52,073 nucleotides of DNA from an uncultured Acidimicrobium sp. Lineage in GTDB: Bacteria > Actinomycetota > Acidimicrobiia > Acidimicrobiales > Ilumatobacteraceae. Location: NCBI GenBank assembly GCA_964351545.1, contig CAYGOJ010000002.1, positions 1-52,073 of the forward strand, given 5' to 3'. Shown one piece after another: positions 36,824 to 45,164 of the stretch. A model generated the notes under the pieces. The model saw only the letters and a program-made list of their open reading frames with translations. It did no database searches and was not told the DNA's origin. Positions within the stretch are counted from its first letter, which is position 1. Every line of letters begins with the position of its first letter. Made by a program: the position numbers and the translations under genes.

Positions 36824-37543
36824 GTGAATTCGTACGCCACTCAGATCATGGCCCATCGCGGCGCAAGCGCCGTTGAGCGTGAAAATACAACGATGGCATT
36901 TCGCCGGGCGGCCCAAATGGGGGCTCACGCGGTCGAACTAGATGTGCGCATGTGCAAATCGGGTGAATTGGTGGTTCACCACAACGCCGTTTTGGCCAAC
37001 TCAATTGCGCTTAAGGATCTGAGTCGCAGTCAGTTGCCGGCATACATTCCGACCCTGGACCAAGCTCTCGACGCATGCAGTGGGATGTGGGTGAATATAG
37101 AAATCAAAAATGACGAACGCGAACCAGACTTCGATTCGTCGGACATGGTTGCTGGAATGGTGGTGGAACTGCTTCGTCAGCGCAGTGCGGCGCAACGGTG
37201 GTTAATTTCGTCATTTCGAAGACAGACCGTGGACTTTGTCCATGCTCAGTGGCCCCAGCTGCCCACCGCTTGGTTAACGAACCAGGTCATCGAATCCGAG
37301 GTGCGTGCCCTCGCGGAATCGTTGAAAGATTCGGGTCATTGCGCATTGAATCCAAATGTAAGAAATCTCAGTCGCCGAGTGGTGTCACTACTGCATGACT
37401 ACGGGCTCGCCGTGAATACCTGGACATGTGATGATCCAGAGCGAATTGGGGAGCTCATCGACTGGGGAGTTGATGGCATTTGCACCAATACACCGGACGT
37501 CGCCTTACGAGTGCTGGCTGAACGACACGGCCAGACTCGGTAG
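36824..37543 (+). CDS. glycerophosphodiester phosphodiesterase (GDPD family)
   Basis: IMAHRGAS, ENT and HAVELDV motifs. The ORF is open from TTG 36770. I prefer GTG 36824, and ATG 36848 is also possible. Confidence 0.8.
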   Translation: MNSYATQIMAHRGASAVERENTTMAFRRAAQMGAHAVELDVRMCKSGELVVHHNAVLANSIALKDLSRSQLPAYIPTLDQALDACSGMWVNIEIKNDEREPDFDSSDMVAGMVVELLRQRSAAQRWLISSFRRQTVDFVHAQWPQLPTAWLTNQVIESEVRALAESLKDSGHCALNPNVRNLSRRVVSLLHDYGLAVNTWTCDDPERIGELIDWGVDGICTNTPDVALRVLAERHGQTR

Positions 37544-38497
37544 TTAATTGTCGGTAAACGAAGGCTGTACTAGGCGAAGCGCATTCGGACAATGCCTAAT
37601 GTCTATGTTCGTCGTCTCTCCTAAGTAATCGCCATCAAGTTGGAAGGGGAAGGGTGCGGGAAAGTTAATTGTCACGCTTTCAACATCCGTATGAATGTCA
37701 ACTCCCGAGGAAGTCGATATTCCTTCCTTCCTCAGGGCGCCGTAGAGATTTCGCAACATCAGAAGCGAAGACATTTTGCGAAACGTCACAACGACAAGTT
37801 TCTCGTCCAGCCCGGCCGAAGCAGACAAATTGACCGGATGCTTGCCGATGAAAGTGTACGGATTTGAGTTAAGTACGACGGCAAAGAACCCGTTTGGTAT
37901 ATGTCGGCCGTCGATATCTAAGGTGAAGTGGGGAAACTTTCGGTCGTATGAAATGAACCATGTGCGCAGTGCCGCATAGGCAAACAGTGGTTGGCCAACT
38001 AGTCGTTTAAACGATGCTCGACGTTCTACCTGTTCGACCACGGCGGCGTCATATCCGACACCGGCATGAAAGCAGAAGTAACGGTCGTTCGCCTTGCCAA
38101 GACTGACGGATTTAATTTCGCCTTTATCGAGGGCCTTTGTTATCTGGGCTAGGGCGACCATTGGATCATTGGACAAACCCAAACTGCGCACGAACACATT
38201 TGTTGAGCCACCGGGCAGCATTGCCAAGACGGTAGAACTCCCCGCCAATCCCGTTGCAACTTCATTGAGCGTGCCGTCTCCACCGAAAGCAACTACCAAA
38301 TCCAATCCGCGCGCGGCGGCATCCTGGGCAAAGCGTGTGGCGTGTCCGCGTTCATTGGTTTCCACAACCTGTACATCGTGATGTCGGGCCAAATGTTGAT
38401 GTACCAGGACGGTGTTTCGAGGTGTCACCGAGGAGGCGAATGAGTTGACGATGAGCAGGATTTGCAAGGTCATCAAAGTTACCAGCGTCACAGCCAC
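37544..38497 (-). CDS. diacylglycerol-kinase-like lipid kinase (DAGK_cat family)
   Basis: LLIVNSFAS... and GGDGTLNEV motifs. GTG start at 38497 or ATG at 38473. Its stop abuts the GDPD stop with a 0-nt gap. Confidence 0.85.
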   Translation of the reverse strand: MAVTLVTLMTLQILLIVNSFASSVTPRNTVLVHQHLARHHDVQVVETNERGHATRFAQDAAARGLDLVVAFGGDGTLNEVATGLAGSSTVLAMLPGGSTNVFVRSLGLSNDPMVALAQITKALDKGEIKSVSLGKANDRYFCFHAGVGYDAAVVEQVERRASFKRLVGQPLFAYAALRTWFISYDRKFPHFTLDIDGRHIPNGFFAVVLNSNPYTFIGKHPVNLSASAGLDEKLVVVTFRKMSSLLMLRNLYGALRKEGISTSSGVDIHTDVESVTINFPAPFPFQLDGDYLGETTNIDIRHCPNALRLVQPSFTDN

Positions 38498-38553
38498 GAA
38501 ATCGGATAATTCTGGGTTGGGTCTTGGCTAAACCAATCGGTAACAATGTAGGA

Positions 38554-39330
38554 ATGAACATTGTCGTCTGTGTCAAGCAGATCCCTGATCCAGCAACTCC
38601 AGGTTCCTTGGATGATTCCACCAATGCTTTGAAGCGAGTTGGAAAACTTATTCTTGATGAATCTGACGGCTATGGGGTGGAGATGGCCCTGCAACTTGTG
38701 GCGACTGCCGGTGACGGAGAAGTAAGTCTGGTGTCGATGGCGCCGAACGGGGAAGTTTCGGGAATGCGTACGGCGCTCGCGATGGGCGCATCGAAGGGTG
38801 TACTGGTTTCGGATCCGGCACTGGCCGGCTCGGACGCGTTGACAACGGCGCGAATTCTCGCCGCTGCAATCAAAAAGCTTGGAGCAATCGATCTTGTCAT
38901 CGCCGGGACAGAATCCTCCGATGGGTACACGGGCACGGTGCCCGAGCAGTTGGCGGAATTGTTAGGTCTAGCGTCTGTCACTTTCGCCAAAAAGGTGATG
39001 GTTGAAAGTGGAGTACTGAAAGTGAATCGACAAACTGAAAACGGATACGACGAAGTCGAGTGCCCGCTTCCGGCTCTCGTCACCGTGACGGCCGGTGTCG
39101 TTGAACCTCGCTATCCCAGTTTCAAAGGAATCATGGCGGCCAAGACAAAGCCGATCGAAACCGTTACCGCCAGCGACTTGGCCGTAACAAATGTTGGTTG
39201 GACAGGATCAAACCAGAAGATCGTCAAGGTTGTTCAGGCCGAGGCCCGTAAGGCGGGACAAATTTTCGAAGACGATGGTGAGTCGCACGGCAAGATTGTT
39301 GCATTTCTTGAAAATCTGAAAGCGATTTGA
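38554..39330 (+). CDS. etfB: electron transfer flavoprotein beta subunit
   Basis: MNIVVCVKQIPD N-terminus from ATG 38554. The ORF is open from 38524. Confidence 0.9.
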   Translation: MNIVVCVKQIPDPATPGSLDDSTNALKRVGKLILDESDGYGVEMALQLVATAGDGEVSLVSMAPNGEVSGMRTALAMGASKGVLVSDPALAGSDALTTARILAAAIKKLGAIDLVIAGTESSDGYTGTVPEQLAELLGLASVTFAKKVMVESGVLKVNRQTENGYDEVECPLPALVTVTAGVVEPRYPSFKGIMAAKTKPIETVTASDLAVTNVGWTGSNQKIVKVVQAEARKAGQIFEDDGESHGKIVAFLENLKAI

Positions 39331-39339
39331 GGAACGCCC

Positions 39340-40308
39340 ATGACAATCAACAGCATTTGGGTATTCGCCCAGGCGTCAAATGGCGTTCCAACATCTGGAA
39401 GTCTCGAACTTCTCACCAAGGCCCGGTCCCTTTCCTCGCAAGTCTCGGCCTTCGTTGGTGCCGACGCTTCGGCCATAGTCGGCAAGCTTGGGGAATACGG
39501 TGCCACCAAGGTCTACTCAACAGGAGACTTGGCAGGAAAATTGCCGGGTGTAGCCGTGAGTGCCGCGATGAAAGCGGTAATCGATGGGGGTGAAGTGCCG
39601 TCGGTCATCTTCTTTCCTCAGAATTATGAGGGCCGTGACACCATGGCCCGCTTATCGGTGAAACTTGACCGAACCGTTCTCACCAATAATGTTGATATTG
39701 GAGAAATCGCCGATGGAGTGGTAGTTACGACACCCATTTTTGGTGGAAACACACTTGTCAACACCGCATTCACCGGTGAGGCGCCATTTCTTGCCGCGTT
39801 TCGCCCAAAAAGCTTTGTCGCCGAATCAAGTGGTGGGGCAGCGCCACAGGTAATTGATGCTCCGGTCGGAGATCTCGGTCGCCAGGGTTCGGCCACCGTC
39901 GTCGCGGTCCACCTCGAAGAGAGCACCGGTCCAAAGCTCGACGAGGCCAACATTGTCGTTTCTGGCGGTCGAGGACTCGGTGAGGCAGCCAAGTATTCAA
40001 TGATCGAAGACCTGGCGAAATTATTGAAAGGTGCCCCTGGCGCGTCGCGAGCAATCGTCGACGCGGGATGGGTTCCCTACAGTTACCAGGTCGGTCAGAC
40101 CGGCAAAGTTGTGAAACCGGCCGTCTACATTGCCGTCGGAATTTCGGGAGCCACACAGCACATGGTTGGAATGAAGGGATCGAAGAACATCATTGCGATC
40201 AACAAGGATAAAGAGGCGCCGATTTTTGGAATTGCCGATCTGGGGATTGTTGGCGATGTCCACAAGGTAATTCCAAAACTTATTGAGGCGCTTAAATCTC
40301 GAAGTTAG
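39340..40308 (+). CDS. etfA: electron transfer flavoprotein alpha subunit
   Basis: 322 aa. FAD-binding C-terminal region VVSGGRG...RAIVDAGW...[23 protein letters not shown]-like. Confidence 0.9.
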   Translation: MTINSIWVFAQASNGVPTSGSLELLTKARSLSSQVSAFVGADASAIVGKLGEYGATKVYSTGDLAGKLPGVAVSAAMKAVIDGGEVPSVIFFPQNYEGRDTMARLSVKLDRTVLTNNVDIGEIADGVVVTTPIFGGNTLVNTAFTGEAPFLAAFRPKSFVAESSGGAAPQVIDAPVGDLGRQGSATVVAVHLEESTGPKLDEANIVVSGGRGLGEAAKYSMIEDLAKLLKGAPGASRAIVDAGWVPYSYQVGQTGKVVKPAVYIAVGISGATQHMVGMKGSKNIIAINKDKEAPIFGIADLGIVGDVHKVIPKLIEALKSRS

Positions 40309-41333
40309 CTTGCGTCACTTGCATTTATCGCCCACGCTTGATTCGTTGTCTCATTGTGGGCAACGAGTTGTAGTTGCCACCCGGTTGGCGGCTCGCCTGA
40401 GTCCCACCACGACCATGTCCATTGTTCGGCGATTTCATGTGCTTGCAAATTCGATATTGGCCAGGATCCCAACGAGTGGTCTAGAGCCGCCAGCATCCAC
40501 CACGCACTGAGCCGACCAGTAGCCGCCCCGCGCCGCCGACCGTGTGCGCCACCGCTCGCACTCGCCCACGCCATCCATGCCATCGCCGATGCACTGGTCA
40601 GCGATCGCAAGTGTGCTGACGAAACTCCCAAGGCGCCAAGTGCATGAGCGCAATCGCCATCCGTCAACACCGTTTCGCACTTTCCGTTTGACTGGACGAT
40701 CCATGCATCAACCAGGTGAAATGCCGCCTGCGAAATTTTTGGGTCAGCAAGTTGTTGACCTACAGAAGTGGATACCGATTTCGCATTCGATGAGGCCGGA
40801 AGTGGCGGTGCGGGGAACGTGGCCTCGTTGTCGGCGTATTCCGCCAATTGGTAGGCGGGTTCCCACGACCCACATGACACGGGAATCTCGAGTGCCGGAA
40901 ACAATGCATCTGGTTCGTCAATTGTTTGTCCCCGAAGCGCGCACTCGTAGGCCACGAATGTTGATTGCGGACTATACGGAAGGCGACTGACTAGTTCTTG
41001 CCACACATGCTCTTGGGCGATGACCTCGGTCAGTGGTCCAAGTGTGAATCGGCTGGCCTCGGCGGCGATTACTTCGGTTGCCCAATTGGCTGGCGCACGG
41101 AGCGCGAGTCGGTATTCGGCCAAGGTAGCGGCCGGCCATAGTTGACGCCCGCTGTGCACCGCGGCTCGACACGCATTGCGGACATTGAAAAGTTGCTGCC
41201 AGTCGCGCTTCGTACACGCGGCGTCGATCAGCCGGATGAGGCCGTCCAGGTCGGCTCGACTAACAAGCTCGGCAATGTCGTTGTTCACATCGTCGTTGTT
41301 CACATCGTCGTTGTTCACATCTTCTGAAGGCAT
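40305..41333 (-). CDS. hypothetical protein (342 aa) with an N-terminal (D)VNND x3 repeat; last gene of the kinase/DUF3090/phosphomutase operon
   Basis: The start is 3 nt after the upstream gene's stop, and the 3' end overlaps etfA by 4 nt. I recognise no domain, TM or signal peptide. Confidence 0.55.
   Translation of the reverse strand: MPSEDVNNDDVNNDDVNNDIAELVSRADLDGLIRLIDAACTKRDWQQLFNVRNACRAAVHSGRQLWPAATLAEYRLALRAPANWATEVIAAEASRFTLGPLTEVIAQEHVWQELVSRLPYSPQSTFVAYECALRGQTIDEPDALFPALEIPVSCGSWEPAYQLAEYADNEATFPAPPLPASSNAKSVSTSVGQQLADPKISQAAFHLVDAWIVQSNGKCETVLTDGDCAHALGALGVSSAHLRSLTSASAMAWMAWASASGGAHGRRRGAATGRLSAWWMLAALDHSLGSWPISNLQAHEIAEQWTWSWWDSGEPPTGWQLQLVAHNETTNQAWAINASDAS
41276..41320. repeat. 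15-bp x3 in-frame tandem repeat
   Basis: (T/C)GTCGTTGTTCACAT occurs three times in a row (41276-41290, 41291-41305, 41306-41320). On the minus strand it encodes VNNDD VNNDD VNNDI. Confidence 0.9.
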
Positions 41334-41336
41334 TTG

Positions 41337-42056
41337 TTATACGAGCGGCCATGGGTAGCGGGATCGGCTTCGATCCGCCGGAAGGACCCCGTTGTCGGCA
41401 AGCCACTTGGCGCGCTCCTGCAGAGCCGTGATCTCGTCATCTTCGAGCAAGGTTGCAACCTCAAGTGGAACCTTGGTGGCCAACATTGCGATGGGTTCAC
41501 GCACATTCTCGGGAAGTGTCTCACCACCGAATTCCCATATGACGGTACGCAATTTGAAATCTGAGGAAAACGACACACCGTGATCAATGGCCCAAACCTG
41601 TTGCCGCTTGTCAATCAGACAATGCCCGGCTTTACGGTCGGTGTTGTTGATCACAATGTCGAAAGCACAGATGGTGCGAAACACCTCATGCAATTCCGGA
41701 TGTTTCTCGAACAATGTGAAGTAGTGCGCCTCTAAGTCGGCATCGATAAAGAACTGAACCGATCCCTCGCCGGCAGGGCCATCCCGAAGGACGGTGGGCG
41801 GCACAAAATGAAAACCGAGCGACTCGGATAATAGATAGGCGGCCACCTCGCGACGATGTAGACCCGGTGGAAAATCCCACAGTGGTCGTTCGCCGCGCAT
41901 CGGTTTGTAGATCACCGGCGTACTCAATTCGTTTAGGGTGACCGTGGCGAGAAAGGTGGCGTTGCTGCTATACGGCATGCGATGGACAATTTCAATGTTG
42001 CCCTTTTGTAGGAGCGACATCGCGTCGCCCTCGAAAATCAGTTCATTCGCGGGCAC
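41337..42056 (-). CDS. SCO1664-family protein (PI3/4-kinase-like fold, uncharacterised)
   Basis: SSNATFLATV, NNTDRKAGHCL and IDHGVSFSSDFKLRTVIWEFGGE motifs. The start is GTG 42056 or ATG 42020; the ORF is open to 42089. Confidence 0.7.
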   Translation of the reverse strand: MPANELIFEGDAMSLLQKGNIEIVHRMPYSSNATFLATVTLNELSTPVIYKPMRGERPLWDFPPGLHRREVAAYLLSESLGFHFVPPTVLRDGPAGEGSVQFFIDADLEAHYFTLFEKHPELHEVFRTICAFDIVINNTDRKAGHCLIDKRQQVWAIDHGVSFSSDFKLRTVIWEFGGETLPENVREPIAMLATKVPLEVATLLEDDEITALQERAKWLADNGVLPADRSRSRYPWPLV

Positions 42057-42544
42057 ATGTGACCATCGACATTGATTGGCAGTCCGCAAAAGACACAGAG
42101 CGGTCGCCCAGCCGCAACAACGTCATCGGCATGTTCACAAAAGGCCGCGGCCTGACCGCGGGTGATGAACGCCCGCACTCGACCGGGGTCAAATTCTGGG
42201 TCCGGTTCGCCGTCCTCGGTTGTGGGGGATATTTCATCTAGTTGAAGCACCAATCGATCGCTCCGTTGATCGTATGCAAGTCCAACTGTCCCGAGTACAA
42301 ATTCCACATCGAGAGGCGACGCTAATTGCATGGCATCATCGAGTGGGCGGTCCTCAACATCGGGAGCATCGGCTAGCAACTGGCGCAGATACTGAGAAAT
42401 TGCGGCGACCTGCTGTTTTTCGCACTTCAGCGTCACGCGTCTGCTATCGGCGCGAACTTGCAACAGAAAAATTCGCTCGCCCGGAGCGCCCAGGGCACCG
42501 GTGGTGAATGCGTTGGTCTTGTCGAAGTCGTAGAAAACACTCAT
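42038..42544 (-). CDS. DUF3090 family protein
   Basis: ATG 42544 overlaps the upstream stop (ATGA). MSVFYDFDK...TGALGAPGERIFLLQVR, and a C-terminal zinc-knuckle-like CVFCGLPINVDGHMCPRMN. Confidence 0.75.
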   Translation of the reverse strand: MSVFYDFDKTNAFTTGALGAPGERIFLLQVRADSRRVTLKCEKQQVAAISQYLRQLLADAPDVEDRPLDDAMQLASPLDVEFVLGTVGLAYDQRSDRLVLQLDEISPTTEDGEPDPEFDPGRVRAFITRGQAAAFCEHADDVVAAGRPLCVFCGLPINVDGHMCPRMN

Positions 42545-43197
42545 GATGGTCGAAGTTCTCCGAGAGACCCGCCGATTGAGTTCACCGTCAGCACTATCGG
42601 CCCAGAATCGGCGTAGGCAATCGCACTTACCGAACAAGTGCTAATGACGATTCGCTGGAAGAGATCGAGGTGGGTACCAATGGCATGCGCGACCGCAGAC
42701 TTAATTGGGTCGGCATGTGATACGCAAATGACAACTTTTCCTCGGTGCCGAGAACGAATATCGTCAAGGGCCGTCACAAAGCGAGTTTGCATTTCCGAGA
42801 AACTTTCACCGTTTGGAAACCGAAATGAACTTGGCGCGCGCTGCACGGTATTCCACTCCGGTTTCTTCATCAGCGTCGATAGATGCATGCCCGTCCAATC
42901 ACCAAAATCGCATTCCAGAAGACCTTTGTGAATGTGGATCTTGACGTTCAGCGCGGTGGCGATGGGGGCTGCGGTTTCCCGCGCCCGTTCGAGGGGCGAG
43001 GAATATATTGCGGCAACCTTCTTTAATTCGCCAAGTCGCGAGGCGACACCTTCAGCCTCCGCTCGTCCAGTTCCGGACAGATGTAGTCCCAATGCTCGCC
43101 CCGGAAGCACCTTTCCCGTGGTCGAGGTCTGTCCGTGCCGAACGAGCAGGATCACGGTTGAAACGGGGGAAGACTTGTGGGACGGTTTTTTCGACAT
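42541..43197 (-). CDS. histidine-phosphatase-superfamily protein, MSMEG_4193-type putative phosphomutase
   Basis: LLVRHGQT (RHG motif) and VVICVSHADPIK (second His). ATG 43197, or TTG 43203. Confidence 0.75.
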   Translation of the reverse strand: MSKKPSHKSSPVSTVILLVRHGQTSTTGKVLPGRALGLHLSGTGRAEAEGVASRLGELKKVAAIYSSPLERARETAAPIATALNVKIHIHKGLLECDFGDWTGMHLSTLMKKPEWNTVQRAPSSFRFPNGESFSEMQTRFVTALDDIRSRHRGKVVICVSHADPIKSAVAHAIGTHLDLFQRIVISTCSVSAIAYADSGPIVLTVNSIGGSLGELRPS

Positions 43198-43218
43198 AAC
43201 CAACTAGCCAATGTACTT

Positions 43219-43243
43219 GGGGTCAACCAGCCGGGGGTCAACC
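43219..43243. promoter_or_regulatory. direct repeat GGGGTCAACC x2 in a divergent promoter region
   Basis: Identical 10-mers at 43219-43228 and 43234-43243 (15-bp periodicity), between the phosphomutase-operon start (43197/43203) and the udgB start (43272). Confidence 0.35.
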
Positions 43244-43271
43244 TGGATGCGATTGGCGTATCGTCGCCTCT

Positions 43272-43940
43272 ATGGGTGAGTTGGAAATTCTCGCTGATCG
43301 GATCGTGCACTGTCGGAATTGCCCGCGGTTGTTGTCTTGGTGTGAATCGGTAGCGGTAGAAAAGCGAGCCTCATTTCGTGACGAAACATATTGGGGAAAG
43401 CCGATATCAGGATTCGGCGATCCATGTGCCCAAATAGTGATTGTGGGATTGGCCCCCGGCGCTCACGGGGCAAATCGCACCGGCCGGGTTTTCACCGGCG
43501 ATCGGAGTGGTGAGTGGTTGTATCGGGCTATGTATCGCGCCGGGCTTGCTAGTCAAGCCAGTTCGGTGCATCGTGGAGATGGGTTGGTTCTCCGCAATGC
43601 GTGGGTCACCGTCGCCGTGAAGTGCGCACCACCGGGCAACAGACCGACACCTGGCGAGCGTGCCAATTGCGCACACTATTTAGAAACGGAACTTGACTTG
43701 CTTACGGGCGCCACGGTTGTCGTGTGTCTTGGAGCGTTTGCATTTCACGCAGTTTGCGAACAACTCGAATTACGACCGCGCCCGAAATTTGGGCATGGAA
43801 AGCTGGTATCGACCGAGAGATATACGTTGCTGTGTTCGTATCACCCAAGTCAACAAAACACATTTACCGGAAAACTGACCGAGCCAATGCTGGATGAAAT
43901 ATTTGCAACCGCAGGCGAATTAGTGCGCAGTCGGCACTGA
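43272..43940 (+). CDS. udgB: uracil-DNA glycosylase, family 5 (UdgB-like, Fe-S)
   Basis: 222 aa. HCRNCPRL Cys cluster and the family-5-type motif GLAPGAHGANRTGRVFTGD. Confidence 0.82.
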   Translation: MGELEILADRIVHCRNCPRLLSWCESVAVEKRASFRDETYWGKPISGFGDPCAQIVIVGLAPGAHGANRTGRVFTGDRSGEWLYRAMYRAGLASQASSVHRGDGLVLRNAWVTVAVKCAPPGNRPTPGERANCAHYLETELDLLTGATVVVCLGAFAFHAVCEQLELRPRPKFGHGKLVSTERYTLLCSYHPSQQNTFTGKLTEPMLDEIFATAGELVRSRH

Positions 43941-45110
43941 GGCATCAATTTTTTTCTTCGGTGGTGGTACGCCAACGATTGGCGCACTATCGGCAAACGC
44001 CGGCCAGCGGCGTCGACTGACTGTGCTGAGCAACTTCAGTAATCGCATCGCCGTGGCGTCGGTCTCTGCCGGCCTGGCGATGACCGAGCCATCTTTGATC
44101 ATTCGATCCATAACTTCTTGGCCAAGTTCGGTTCGAACGATACATAGTGTCCAGTCGTTGTCTTCGCCGATTCCACCGGTCGAGATGTCCGCGTGTTCGG
44201 CCGCAAAGTCGGGACACATCTTGCAACCCTCTCGGGTCCACTGATGACATTCCTTGAGGTCGATCTCGTGATATGAGCCATCCTTCATCCAAATCTGAAA
44301 CACCCCCTTGATATTCATCTTTGCCATCTCTTCTTTTTTCAAACCATATTTGGCCAAGAAAAGTTCTTCGAAAATCGCGTCATCGAAGGTCTTGGAGCAC
44401 AGCAGACCAATATTGAACAGAAATGGTTTGGAGACTTTTCCGACCTTGCGCTTCCACATGATCGGAAGTGCCGAAGACTGACAACTCATCCCGACGAGTG
44501 CGACTCTGCTTAAGCCCTCAACCTGAGCCTGTTTGAGCGCCAAGGTGTTGGCCGAATATGTGTAGCGGCTGCCAGAGGATGCGAGCACTTCCTCTGGGTT
44601 GTGGGCAATCCCCGGCGTCGCCTTCCATGTTGATCCGTCGCCTTCAAGGAAACTGGTGAGCGCAGCGTCGATGTAATCATTGTTCATCAACCAGATCAAC
44701 ATGGCGCCAACAAATCCGCCGTCTTGACCTTTCTGGTGGACCGATTTGTCCTGAGCCTGACATAGCAATAACTGGCGAAACTGGCCATACATTTCGTCGT
44801 CGTTACGCTTGCGCCCGAATAGTTGAATGTCCGCATCGGGTTCCCATGTGCGAAATCGCGGACACGCTCGGGTACAACTCGTGCAGCCCTTTTCGCCGTG
44901 CGTGCAGTTCCCAGGACCGAGTTCATCCTCAAGGTGGAATGGCTTGTAGTTGCCCTCTTCGTGTTTGTAGCCGATCACCTCGTGCGGGCAAGAAATCACA
45001 CAAGCGGCGCATCCCGTGCATAAACCGGTGTCGATAACTTCCTCGATGAGTTCCTTCCACTGGTGCGTCCATCGTTCGCTGACGACTGAAACATTTTCGG
45101 TGACGGTCAC
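43920..45110 (-). CDS. FrhB/FdhB/FpoF-family protein (coenzyme F420 hydrogenase/dehydrogenase beta-subunit-like) with an N-terminal 4Fe-4S ferredoxin domain
   Basis: 396 aa. CTGCAACVISCP plus CTSCTRACP clusters, a QDGGFV(G) motif and a C-terminal CKMCPDF. Its 3' end overlaps udgB by 21 nt. Confidence 0.75.
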   Translation of the reverse strand: MTVTENVSVVSERWTHQWKELIEEVIDTGLCTGCAACVISCPHEVIGYKHEEGNYKPFHLEDELGPGNCTHGEKGCTSCTRACPRFRTWEPDADIQLFGRKRNDDEMYGQFRQLLLCQAQDKSVHQKGQDGGFVGAMLIWLMNNDYIDAALTSFLEGDGSTWKATPGIAHNPEEVLASSGSRYTYSANTLALKQAQVEGLSRVALVGMSCQSSALPIMWKRKVGKVSKPFLFNIGLLCSKTFDDAIFEELFLAKYGLKKEEMAKMNIKGVFQIWMKDGSYHEIDLKECHQWTREGCKMCPDFAAEHADISTGGIGEDNDWTLCIVRTELGQEVMDRMIKDGSVIARPAETDATAMRLLKLLSTVSRRRWPAFADSAPIVGVPPPKKKIDASVPTAH

Positions 45111-45164
45111 GAACGCACTCTATGCCGTTGGACGCGGAGGACGACGACAAGGCATACTGGAGCC

